Part shown: piece by piece, positions 51,257-63,464 of the stretch
Numbering within the stretch: the stretch's first letter is position 1
How the letters are laid out: each line of letters starts with the position of its first letter
Origin: Schmidtea polychroa
Lineage: Eukaryota
Reading direction: 5' to 3'
NCBI GenBank assembly: GCA_044892525.1
Contig: CM097887.1
Coordinates: 109,842,397 to 109,906,396 of the forward strand
Length of the DNA: 64,000 nt
The notes under the pieces: generated by a model
Told to the model about the DNA's origin: nothing
Databases searched by the model: none
Seen by the model: the letters and a program-made list of their open reading frames with translations, nothing else
Translations under genes and position numbers: made by a program

Positions 51257-53159
51257 CTCTAATAAATCAGAATCTTTATCAATATTATTTTCATTATCTT
51301 ATTCTGAATCTTTATCACTATATATACGCTAGATCAACAATGGCGAACATTTTTAACAAGGGGTTCACAATTGAATTTATTTTTTGAATATATCAACCTA
51401 CTGGTCAAGTATTATTTTATTTATTAAAAATTTAACAAAAATTCATGTAAATATAATATGATTTTATTTATTATACATTAATTAGGTATATTCGAAATCA
51501 TTCGTATGATGATAATTTTATAATTAAAAAAACAAAACAACTTGTTACTTGAATTGGTTGCGTGGGGCAGTGTCTGAACCGTGGGTCATAGGTTCGCCGT
51601 CGCTGGGCTAGATTAATAATTACGAATGAAGAATATTATAATTTAAATTTTAATTAAAATTTTATTTCATTATGAACTAGCAGTTCTAGTAAATTTCATT
51701 TTGAAAATATTTAATTTAACATCTTACTGACAATTTATAAGTAAAATATTCGATTAAACTAATCTTTATGCGCTACTATCTTTTTCAGTTATCACTTAAA
51801 TTGTTATAAAATATAATTAAAAATTATTAAAATTGTTGATTAAAGAAATTTGTGGAATATAAATGTCGAGAAATGACGTTTTGAAAAACACTTAAAAATT
51901 GTATATATTTTTCGACTTTATGAAAAATTTTAATTTTAATTAATAATGGTGGAAATAAATTGTGTAGTTTGATTATGATGGGGGTTAGGGTTATTACAAT
52001 ATTACAATTTATTTTATTTTGAGAACTAACGTCAATTTATATTTTTTAGACTTGTAATTGTTGCTCAATAAATACTATTTGTTTTTATTGGACGCATTTC
52101 TGGAAATCCCTGGAAAGGTTTGTTCAAATTATTTGTGGTAATTCTGTATTTGTAATAAACTACAAAAATAAATGAAAAAAGTAACCTTTAAGTTTCTTGT
52201 ATTTTAAATTCGATTGTAAAAGTCGACAACAAAATATACAGATCACGATAAAAGAGTACAATATAATATTTCATGCATAGTTTTTTTCGATATATTTCAG
52301 ACATTTGACATTTTCTTCAGAATAATGAACCCATCGACCTACTTATTTATTTATTAAATCTATATGACCTAAGTAGATGGATAGGGCACCGCTAGACCAG
52401 GACTCCGCTGGACCACATACCCCCCCCCACCCCCACTCTAAGGGAAATTTTTAAAATTATTTTCAAGGTCAAATTTTTTAATGTAAAGTTCATTTTTTTT
52501 TTTAAATTTGAAATTTGAGAGTTCCCGACAAGAGATATTATTATTATTTGAAAATAAAGGTCTTTGAAACACAGGGATTATTATTATATATATCCTAGTC
52601 TATCCGACAAAATATTTTGTCCCCCTATGGGTATTGTTCACAAAGGTACTGGTCATATTCCACATGTCGCGAGGGTATTATNNNNNNNNNNNNNNNNNNN
52701 NNNNNNNNNNNNNNNNNNNNNNNNNNNNNNNNNNNNNNNNNNNNNNNNNNNNNNNNNNNNNNNNNNNNNNNNNNNNNNNNNNNNNNNNNNNNNNNNNNNN
52801 NNNNNNNNNNNNNNNNNNNNNNNNNNNNNNNNNNNNNNNNNNNNNNNNNNNNNNNNNNNNNNNNNNNNNNNNNNNNNNNNNNNNNNNNNNNNNNNNNNNN
52901 NNNNNNNNNNNNNNNNNNNNNNNNNNNNNNNNNNNNNNNNNNNNNNNNNNNNNNNNNNNNNNNNNNNNNNNNNNNNNNNNNNNNNNNNNNNNNNNNNNNN
53001 NNNNNTTAGTTTTCATAATAAATTAAGACATTAAAAGATATATTGAATCACAGATCAATTCGATAACAATACGTCATCTATATCAATATCATTGGCATCA
53101 TTGGCTTCATTGTCATCATCATTGAAATCTGGACTCATTCCGCTAAAAAGTGGACGAAT

Positions 53160-56100
53160 TTATGAAATTACTTGATCAACATCTGGAACATCGACTCCTA
53201 AATAATGTCCATATGCGAGACTAGTATTAGGACCCACCCAAAGGCGCTTGTCATCGTTGTTCGACAAGGCTATTTTATTATTTTTAAAAGTAAAGAGCTG
53301 GTGGTTTCTTGTTCCTATTCTCGTTTGTGGCACCGTATATACTACGCTGTTGTTGTAGCAGTCTAAATACGACTGGTGCCCTATCTCAGTATTACCAAGC
53401 TGAACTCCCTTTGCTTTTAAATGATCTTTATCCCCTAACAAACTATAACACTTAGGTCTTAAGAAAACCCATTCCTTATACCCTAAACCTTTACTCTCAT
53501 CCTTAAACTTCCCTATCACAGAATCAAGGTTTCTAGAGTATAAGGGATGTGCTGGGTCATAGTTGCTAGTATCTAAAAGATTATCACGAATCATTGCCGG
53601 CAAAAGAGTGTCAAGCTTACAATGCTTTATCTCTAAGAAAAAGGAGTCAGTGTCACCGGCAACGATATTTATATCACAATTAAATTTAGACCTGTACTTG
53701 GCCAATTCCACATATTGTAGTTGATACATTCTTAGTTTAGACAAATCTAACACTGTTTGACCAATATAGCTAGGCCTGTCTAAACATATAGAATCTTTAT
53801 CCAGATGAGCCACAATCAGATCATCAGCAATTTTGATAGATTTTCTGAAAGTTGGCTTTGAGGCATATACAATCATCTTTTCAGCTGAATTGCATAGCCT
53901 CAAATTCATCCTTTTCTTTAAGTTCTCAACGGATTTCCCATATAAGCTGTTGTTATAAAGCTTAAACAAATCTCTATATAACTCACTGGTGGATTGTGCT
54001 CTTGATGTTGTGTTTTTATCAATGTACGATTTAAAAATGGGTGCTTGCGTGAATTTAACTGCTCTATAAATTTTAACCACCGTCACACCGAGTGAAAGAT
54101 AAAGTTTAAGAAGTCTCCAATGAAGAACATAGTTCTTCTTTGGCCAATGCGTGAGCATCAGCTTCTCGACTTTGGAGTTCGGTGGACACATCTTTTCCGC
54201 AGCAATAGGAAAGTCATTAAGGAAGTCATGCAAGCATTCGGGTATATCGATATCAACTTCCATAGTATACCCATATGGAAGGTTATCAATATCATCATTC
54301 ACAAATTCAGAAAGTATAATATCCAAATCACCATACACCCATACAAAGTCAGCATAAGGCAGATTTTGGCTTAAGGCCCAACCATACAAGTTATTAATAT
54401 ATATGTACAAGAGTTCAGTGTCTTCAGAACTAGCAACATAATGTTTGTTAACAAATGTTAACCCACCCCGTATCCCTCCTTCATAGAAATTAAACATTTC
54501 CATGTCCTGCAAAAGTTCTATGGGTTCCGTTAATGTCATAAGCGCTGAGGCCCATGACATACCGGGAATGCCATAGAAATTAAGAGGCTCAAGACCATTG
54601 TAAGCAATGGCCTTTGCACGGAATTGTTGAAAATAGTCTGCGAGGAGAAATACATCTAATTTAAGGTAAGTTAACATGTAATCTAACATGTTGTTGCAAT
54701 TTTGCTGAGTCCAAATAACTTGGGCTAATGCATACTCATCATTAGACACTGAATCCCAGATCGGAGGTAGTTCATATGTAGTCTCAAGAACATCAAATGA
54801 GGTAGCGAAGTCATATGGAAAGATACCTTTGGATCGAACAATTGCGCCATCAAAAACAGAAGAAGTTAAAGGCAGATCGGAAAGAGTCTTAACCGCTTTT
54901 GCTAAAGATGAATTAACAAACTGCATGCTGTCAATAAAACGAACAGGCAATTTGTTAATATACGCAATGAGGGAGATGAATTTTTCAGTAGTAGTCGGAA
55001 TAATATTTAATTCCCAAGAAGGAAAATTATTCAAGCCATATTTCAAAATATGATGGAGATCATATCCCCTCAAATTGTGAAAAACAACAGGTAACTGTCT
55101 CTGAATTCGCCGAGACACATTACATTTCCTACAAGCAGCACCAAGATACTTGCCTGAGAAGTGGCAATGGTCCCTAACTCTATCTCTAATGAATTTTTTA
55201 CAAAGGTAACAGGTTCTGGAATCTCTATATGCCCGCTGTTGAACGAAAGACAAAGTTTGAATAGGTTTTCGCCCATTAATTTCGTAATATGGCAGGACAA
55301 TTGTGACAGCAATTTCCTCCACCTTACGCAAGAAAGACAACACACAATCATCACCAACAAACTCATAATAAAATCTAGTTTTATTATAATTATTAATTAA
55401 TAACATGCCTGCTGTTATTGGCAAGTGCTTTTGATGGTGTATTATATCCTCAGGTAAAATTGCCTCAAAATCGGCATATATCACGAATGGCGGGGTGATT
55501 GTCGTCGCATAATTTTGAAAAATTAAATTTTTCTCCTTAGGTAGTGTGTATAATGTAGTACCTATCTGGTTTTTTATGCATAAGGCGACATGAATATCAA
55601 ATGCATTTTTATGTCTAAAACCATTGAGACAATGGGGACACCAGTTCACTCTAATCCAAAGGTTGCAGGAGCTACTGGGATGTGAGTTCATTAATTTTTG
55701 TAAGTTAAAAACTGCGGTATAATGGAAATTATCACCGTCTTCCAATAATAATAAATATATGGGTTCACCACCTATAACCTTAGATCGGTGAATAATATCT
55801 AAATGAGGATGATGGGGAATATAGTTACTATCATCGTTTTCTATAGGCTTAGCTGGGGTCTTTTTATAAATTAAAACATTTATTGATAAATTTAAATCCT
55901 TGTTTTTCCTTTCAAATTTAGGGATATCACATAATTTCATGGGGCAATCATCTATGGGGTCAAAATTTAACTCGTCAAGATAATTTTCATAGGAACTAAC
56001 ACGATTTCTATGATGACGTATAACATTACGTTTTAACAGTGCTAAAATACTATAGATAAAGCACATATCATCGGTGTTTTTGACGTTTACTATTGCTTTT

Positions 56101-57010
56101 TAAGAATTTAAAGCTGATGGGGTGGGTATATAACTATGTCCAGCTAGCCTATTCATATGGGTAAATTTTGTTAATATAAAATCTATCTCTTTGATTTTAA
56201 CCACCCGCCATCCGCTACCCAAATATGTGAATTTTTCTATTTTCTCATTTAACTTAGTGATACCCTCTACTAGAAAATTTTCTGAAAAAACTTCTGCGCT
56301 ATTAGAGAAAAAATTATCTTTAATTTCCCCATCTTTTTCGAATTGGATTAAAACGGTGAATTGTATTTTAACTGTGCCCATACCTACGATTTCGGCAATT
56401 AATTTATTTATAATTTTATTTGTAAGGGAAATTTGCACCAAGTTATCCTTTTCCATATTAAAGCGTAAATTTTTTCTCGCCCCTTAAAATCGACTTCTAT
56501 TTCTGGTTCATCGTCAATATCGATAGAACTCTTATTATTTACTGAACCACCTATTTGATTATATACGGAAACACCAGTTGTATTAATTTTAATAATTTTA
56601 GAGGGAACACCAGACCCAAAACTAACAGCAGGCTGTTTATTATTTAGAATATTATTTATTTTAGTATTTAGATTAGTATTATTTACATTATTATTTACAT
56701 GTTTTGTATTATTATTTATAGGTTTTGTATTTATGTGTTTTGTGGTATTATGTGTTGATTGTTGTATTTTAATAAACAATTTCTTTTTATTTAAAGAGAA
56801 CCGATTTAAATGTGATTTGTGAATATTATAAAACTCTATATATTTAATGCTTTGGGAAGTCTCGCATATTGGACATATAAAGTAGTTGATGCCAAAGAAT
56901 CTATGACCGTAGTATTTTTTCATATTTTTATGGCATATATTTGTATGATCATTTGATGACATGCAGTAGCGTGGGTATAATTTACCTGATAAATTATAAA
57001 TATATATCAA
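53160..57010 (-). pseudogene. Protein-primed family B DNA polymerase with EndoVII-like zinc domain; three point lesions
   Basis: 968-aa ORF (YADFE, RDHCHFSGKYLGAAC, FHNLRGYD, KLYNNSLYGK, AGDTDS, LRPKCY) is in frame with ORF 56100-56456 across one TAA, and joins ORF 56408-57010 after a 1-nt deletion at ~56480-56483; motif A Asp is Tyr. Confidence 0.92.
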
Positions 57011-57349
57011 ATATATTAATAGATTTAAATATTAATAAAATATTGCATTTATATTTAATGACTTTATTAACAATTCTTAAGCCGTATTTATCGCATAATA
57101 ATTATAAAACGGAATAATAATCGGAATACATATATAATTTATTGTAATATTATCATTATCAGAGGTATAAAATATGGGAGATATCATAAATATTATTATA
57201 ATTGTTATTATTATTATTATATCTAATATTACTATTTTTTTTTAATATTATTATTAGAGAAAGTAGTTGCGTGCTCAATGCAAACTATGTTTCACAATTA
57301 ATATTTTCAAAGTATTATTTCTATTCAATTATTATTTTCATAACAACTT

Positions 57350-57770
57350 ATTAATTTCAACATCATTTTCAGGAACATATTCATATTTGTCATAATTTTC
57401 AGATTTTTCATAATTTTTTATTTTTTTTTTCAGAAAAATTTTCATAATTTTCAGGAACATTTCAGGATTTTCATCATTTTCATTATAATTTCAGGAACAT
57501 CTTCATGATTTTTCAGATTTTTCATAATTATTTTCAAAAACATTTTCATAATTTTCAAGAAAACATTTCATTATTTTCAACATTTTCATAATTATTTTCA
57601 CAAAAATTTTCATATTTTTCATAATTTTCAACATTTTCATAATAATTTCAGGAACATTTTCATAATTTTCAGCATTTTCATAAGTTTCTGGAACATTCTC
57701 ATAATTTTCAACATTTTCATAATAATTTCAGGAATATTTTCATCATTTTCAACATTTTCATAATTTATAT
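57350..57770. repeat. Degenerate 8-20-bp tandem repeat (TTTTCATAA / TTTCAGGAACA) between PolB and the acidic gene
   Basis: Direct reading; a similar repeat borders the gap at 58540-58633. Confidence 0.85.
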
Positions 57771-57840
57771 GTGGTTATTAAACAAATTAATTATCAAACA
57801 CAATTTTTAATTAATTTAAAAAAATAATAATAAAATATAA

Positions 57841-58335
57841 CTAACATTTTGATTCTATATCGGAATCATCCTCAGATTCATCCCCATAAGAAACGGAGGC
57901 ATGATTAATTTCCTCCTCAATAGACGTGAGGGCATATTCACCAGAAACATTATTAATATTTGGGGCATATCCAACATTTGAGGTATCATCACCTTAAGTT
58001 TATGTAATTCATTAATTAAATAAAATAAATTTACCCATTGATTCCATGATAATATCTCGGGTATTGTCTTCAATAACATTTTCACCGTCATTAATAGGCT
58101 GATCAACTAAATAATTTTATTTTCAATTAAATTTTAAAAATAAATTTACTTAATAAAATATCTTCTTCATCGTCACTAATAATAATTGGCTGATCTTGAT
58201 TATAGTTGTCGGCCTCGGTGACTTCATACCATAAATTCTCTAAAATAATAAATAATAATAATAATAAAAATAAAATAATTTACCGTTTTCTCCTGCCAAC
58301 ATGGCGCGTAAAATATTATCTAATTCACTGTCCAT
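57841..58335 (-). CDS. Spliced gene for a 121-aa acidic protein of unknown function (exons 58335-58284, 58239-58150, 58106-58035, 57992-57841)
   Basis: Three GT-AG AT-rich introns of 44, 43 and 42 nt, all phase 1, give MDSELDNILRAMLAGENENLWYEVTEADNYNQDQPIIISDDEEDILLIDQPINDGENVIEDNTRDIIMESMGDDTSNVGYAPNINNVSGEYALTSIEEEINHASVSYGDESEDDSDIESKC* with no internal stop. Confidence 0.75.
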
Positions 58336-58893
58336 TTTTAATCAAAATTTTTTAGTCTAAAATTTGTAAAATTTAAAAATAATTTTGACGATTTTGAAAA
58401 TTGTAACTGCTTATAAAGAAAATGATTATTTTCCGGTCCAATCAAAATCAAGGAAGGGATAGGACAAAAATACATTACGTTGTGGTATTTTAAAACTTAA
58501 ATATATATTTTAAAAACACATTTTGACACTAAATTTGATTTATTTAAAATTTTCATAATTTGCATTAATTTCATGAGTATTTTCAATATTTTCACGATTT
58601 TCAATATTTTCATGATTGTTTTCTTCAAAAATCNNNNNNNNNNNNNNNNNNNNNNNNNNNNNNNNNNNNNNNNNNNNNNNNNNNNNNNNNNNNNNNNNNN
58701 NNNNNNNNNNNNNNNNNNNNNNNNNNNNNNNNNNNNNNNNNNNNNNNNNNNNNNNNNNNNNNNNNNNNNNNNNNNNNNNNNNNNNNNNNNNNNNNNNNNN
58801 NNNNNNNNNNNNNNNNNNNNNNNNNNNNNNNNNNNNNNNNNNNNNNNNNNNNNNNNNNNNNNNNNNNNNNNNNNNNNNNNNNATAAAATGAAG

Positions 58894-59500
58894 AAAACAT
58901 GTGTGTATTACACACAACATACGAGTCATAATTTTTAATCAAGCTATTTTATAGAAAATTAAATTTTATCTATATAATATATGAATAAAAATCCAAGGAA
59001 ATTACGTTAACGTATAATAAATACAAATTTATCATAAAAACATGTGTGTATTACACACAAAACAAGATATATAATTTCTAATCAATCCATTTTATAGAAA
59101 ATTAAATTTTATCTATATATATTATACGAATAAAATCCTAAGAAAATTACGTTAACTGTTTGAAAAATACAAATTTATTGTAAAAACATGTGTGTATTAC
59201 ACACAACATACGAGACATAATTTTTAATCAAGCTATTTTATAGAAAATTAAATTTTATCTATATGTTATATGAATAAAATCCTATGAAAATTACGGTTAA
59301 TGTATGAAAAATACAACTTTATTGTAAAATCTTGTGTGTATTAAACACAAAACAAGATACATAAATTTTAATCAAGTTATTTTATAGAAAATTAAATTTC
59401 ATCTATATATTATATGAATAAAAATCCAAAAAAATAACGTTAACCGCGCGAAAAATTACAAATTTATTGTAAAAACATGCGTGCATTACACACAAAGCAC
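58894..59500. repeat. ~145-bp tandem array (4 units plus a partial) with an imperfect palindrome
   Basis: Core CATGTGTGTATTACACACAA at 58898, 59041, 59187, 59331, 59476 (spacing 143-146 bp). Confidence 0.92.
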
Positions 59501-60754
59501 CAAACTGAAATTGTAATTGCGCCATGTTGTAGAGAATGTAATTCTGCCTATACATGGTTACACTTAAATCTCGATCAGACCTGTTAAAAGTGACAAAAAA
59601 GAGTAAAAACAGTAGAGTAGATGGTAGTGGACCATCTAGACCAGGNNNNNNNNNNNNNNNNNNNNNNNNNNNNNNNNNNNNNNNNNNNNNNNNNNNNNNN
59701 NNNNNNNNNNNNNNNNNNNNNNNNNNNNNNNNNNNNNNNNNNNNNNNNNNNNNNNNNNNNNNNNNNNNNNNNNNNNNNNNNNNNNNNNNNNNNNNNNNNN
59801 NNNNNNNNNNNNNNNNNNNNNNNNNNNNNNNNNNNNNNNNNNNNNNNNNNNNNNNNNNNNNNNNNNNNNNNNNNNNNNNNNNNNNNNNNNNNNNNNNNNN
59901 NNNNNNNNNNNNNNNNNNNNNNNNNNNNNNNNNNNNNNNNNNNNNNNNNNNNNNNNNNNNNNNNNNNNNNNNNNNNNNNNNNNNNNNNNNNNNNNNNNNN
60001 NNNNNNNNNNNNNNNNNNNNNNNNNNNNNNNNNNNNNNNNNNNNNNNNNNNNNNNNNNNNNNNNNNNNNNNNNNNNNNNNNNNNNNNNNNNNNNNNNNNN
60101 NNNNNNNNNNNNNNNNNNNNNNNNNNNNNNNNNNNNNNNNNNNNNNNNNNNNNNNNNNNNNNNNNNNNNNNNNNNNNNNNNNNNNNNNNNNNNNNNNNNN
60201 NNNNNNNNNNNNNNNNNNNNNNNNNNNNNNNNNNNNNNNNNNNNNNNNNNNNNNNNNNNNNNNNNNNNNNNNNNNNNNNNNNNNNNNNNNNNNNNNNNNN
60301 NNNNNNNNNNNNNNNNNNNNNNNNNNNNNNNNNNNNNNNNNNNNNNNNNNNNNNNNNNNNNNNNNNNNNNNNNATAATACCCTTGCGACATGTGGAATAT
60401 GACCAGTACCTTTGTGAACAATACCCATAGGGGGACAAAATATTTTGTCGGATAGACTAGGATATATATAATAATAATCCCTGTGTTTCAAAGACCTTTA
60501 TTTTCAAATAATAATAATATCTCTTGTCGGGAACTCTCAAATTTAAAATTTAAAAAAAAAATGAACTTTACATTAAAAATTTTGACCTTGAAAAGAATTT
60601 TAAAAATTTCCCCTAGGGGGGGGGGGGGGGGTTGGGGGTATGTGATCCAGCGGAGTCCTGGTCTAGCGGTGCCCTATCCATCTACTGACCTACTTATTTA
60701 TTTATTAAAATTTATTAAAAATTTATTTATATATATTATGTGTTTATGACAAAG

Positions 60755-60952
60755 ATTTGACCTACTTAAAATATGATTAATTTGACATGAAATACATTTT
60801 AAAAACCTTGAAAACATAGTAATTCTTTAAAAAGCAGAAAAATTTCAATGAAAAACACAAAAATTATGTGAAAAACTTAAAAATTCCTTGACCTACATAC
60901 AAATTCAGCAGAGAGGAGGGGTACTGTGCCAGAAGGGACCAATCCATCTACT
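60755..60952. mobile_element. Right terminus of a further Polinton-like element
   Basis: Ends ATCCATCTACT (60952), preceded by TTGACCTACATA and a G-rich tract, as at the 43193 terminus. Confidence 0.6.
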
Positions 60953-61126
60953 CTCTTGTTAAAAATACTGAATGTGATAAATATATCATTCAAATGGCTG
61001 CAAACCAAAATTTTAGATCTTATGATTGTTTCAGCATCTCTACAAAATGCTGCAACTTTTGATTACGCAATTGCTGCAACTCACATTCTTTGCTTTCAGG
61101 GATTTTTGGTCCAAATTTTTTTTTAT

Positions 61127-62700
61127 CACACTATAGTGAGGGGGTCTCGATGGTCCTGGGATTTTCAATACAAATAAAATTTTTTCAATACAAAAAGGCG
61201 GTCTACACTAAAAAAGCATGGATTTTTCACACTATAGTGAGGGGGTCTCGATGGTCCTGGGATTTTCAATACAAATAAAATTTTTTCTATACAAAAATCC
61301 GACTATCAATAAAAAAGTCAAGGATTTATCACACTATAGTGAGGGGGTCTCGATGGTCCTGGGATTTTCAATACAAAAAAATTTTTTTCAATACAAAAAG
61401 GCGGTCTCACTAAAAAAGCCAAGGAAGGGGTCTCGATGGTCCTGGGATTTTCAATACAAAAAAATTTTTTTCAATACAAAAATCCGACTATCAATAAAAA
61501 TGCATCGTAATTTAAGGTCTCATGATATTTTCAATACAAATAGGTGATCTACACTAAAAAAGCCAAGGATTTTTTCACACTATAGTGAGGGGGTCTCGAT
61601 GGTCCTGGGATTTTCAATACAAATAAAATTTTTCTATACAAAAATCCGACTACCACTAAAAAAGCATGGAATTTTCACACTATAGTGAGGGGGTCTCGAT
61701 GGACCTGGGATTTTCAATACAAATAAAATTTTTTCTATACAAAAATCCGACTACCACTAAAAAAGCCAAGGATTATTCACACTATAGTGATAGGGTCTCG
61801 ATGGTCCTGGGATTTTCAATACAAAAAAATTTTTTTCAATACAAAAACGATGGTCCTGGGATTTTCAATACAAAAAAAATTTTTCAATACAAAAAGCTGG
61901 TCTACACTAAAAAAGCATCGTAATTTAAGGTCTCATGATATTTTCAATACAAATAGGTGGTCTACACTAAAAAAGCCAAGGATTTTTTCACACTATAGTG
62001 AGGGGTTCTCGATGGTCCTGGGATTTTCAATACAAATAAAATTTTTTCTATACAAAAATCCGACTACCACTAAAAAAGCCAAGGATTATTCACACTATAG
62101 TGAGGGGGTCTCGATGGTCCTGGGATTTTCAATACAAAAAAATTTTTTTCAATACAAAAACGATGGTCCTGGGATTTTCAATACAAAAAAAATTTTTCAA
62201 TACAAAAAGCTGGTCTACACTAAAAAAGCCTAGGATTTTTCAGACTATAGTGAGGTGAGTCTCCTTGGTCCTGAGAAATAGGTGGTCTACACTAAAAAAA
62301 CGTGGTAATTTAAGGTCTCAGGATATTTTCAATACAAAAAGCTGGTCTACATTAAAAAAGCATGGTAATTTAAGGTCTCAGGATATTTTCAATACAAAAA
62401 TCCGACTACCACTAAAAAAGCCAAGGATTTTTCAGACTATAGTGAGGTGAGTCTCCTTGGTCCTGAGAAATAGGTGGTCTACACTAAAAAAACGTGGTAA
62501 TTTAAGGTCTCAGGATATTTTCAATACAAAAAGCTGGTCTACACTAAAAAAGCATGGTAATTTAAGGTCTCAGGATATTTTCAATACAATAAGCTGGTCT
62601 ACACTAAAAAAGCCAAGGATTTTTCAGACTATAGTGAGGTGAGTCTCCTTGGTCCTGAGAATTTCAATAGACAAAGGTGGTCTACACTAAAAAACGTGGT
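61127..62700. repeat. Complex satellite (~100-120-bp modular units)
   Basis: Recurrent CACTATAGTG palindrome, GGTCTCGATGGTCCTGGGATTTTCAATACAAA and GGTCTACACTAAAAAA modules. Confidence 0.92.
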
Positions 62701-62729
62701 AAATTTTTTAAAATAAAGCAAATTATGGG

Positions 62730-63250
62730 TCTATAAATTGAATTACAGTAAATTATGAGCTAAGATTTTTAAATTAAAGTGATGGTCCAAATTTTAAAAT
62801 TAAAGTAAATTATGGTTTTAAAAATTAAATTATAGTAAATTATGGCTCAAATTTTGAATTACAGTAATTAATGGTTCTTAAAAATTAAATTATAGTAAAT
62901 TACGGTCAAAATTTTTGAATTACAGTAAATTATGGTCCAAAAAATTAAATTAAAGTAAATTATGGTCCTAAAAATTGAATTAAAGTAAATTATGGTCCTA
63001 AAAATTAAATTACAGTAAATTATGGTCCAGATTTTTCAATTAAAGTAAATAATGGTCCAAATTTTAAAATTAAAGTAAATTTAAGTTCTTAAAAATTAAA
63101 TTACAGTAAATAATGGTCCAAATTTTTAAATTAAGTAATCAATGGTAAAAAATTTTAAATAAGTAAATTAAAGTAATAATTTTTAAATTAAGTAATCAAT
63201 GGTAAAAAATTTTAAATAAGTAAATTAAAGTAAATTAAAGTAAGATTTTA
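62730..63250. repeat. ~30-bp satellite AGTAAATTATGGTCC(A/T)AAAAATT(A/G)AATTA(A/C)
   Basis: Direct reading; it reappears at 63840-64000. Confidence 0.9.
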
Positions 63251-63464
63251 AAATTTAATTACAAAATAATAGAAGGTGTTTGATAATTGAAATTTTTTTT
63301 ATGAAAATTTTTATGGAATAATTTTTTAAGTAATTTTTAATGGAAATTTTTAAGAAATATTTTTCAATGATAATTTTAGATGGAAATTTTTAAGATAATT
63401 TTTATTGAAAACTTTTATGAAATATTTTTCAAAGACAAATTTTAATAATAATTCAACAACAAAT

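Larger units (their letters stand above)
52372..60686 (-). mobile_element. Young compact Polinton/Maverick-type element (PolB-only in the sequenced part)
   Basis: TIRs begin AGTAGATGGATAGGGCACCGCTAGACCAGG; 52372-52681 and 60375-60686 are near-identical inverted copies running into gaps; perfect 6-bp TSD GACCTA (52366-52371, 60687-60692). Confidence 0.92.

Noticed and set aside
51556-51612. tRNA/SINE-like stretch with A-box- and B-box-like motifs
   Set aside because: No cloverleaf, the B box is degenerate, and there is no TSD or second copy in the window
52564-53034. ORFs spanning N runs (also at 15.2, 21.5, 38.2, 58.5 and 59.4-60.5 kb)
   Set aside because: Artefacts of assembly gaps
56100-56102. 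TAA readthrough or a non-standard genetic code in PolB
   Set aside because: All other genes use TAA/TAG as stops, the old copy is compatible with Lys here, and there are other lesions in the same gene; a simple mutation is more likely
61090-62642. Multiple short ORFs with repeated peptides
   Set aside because: They are translations of satellite units, and the 61-62.7 kb array has variable units with unrelated modules, not CRISPR repeat-spacer structure
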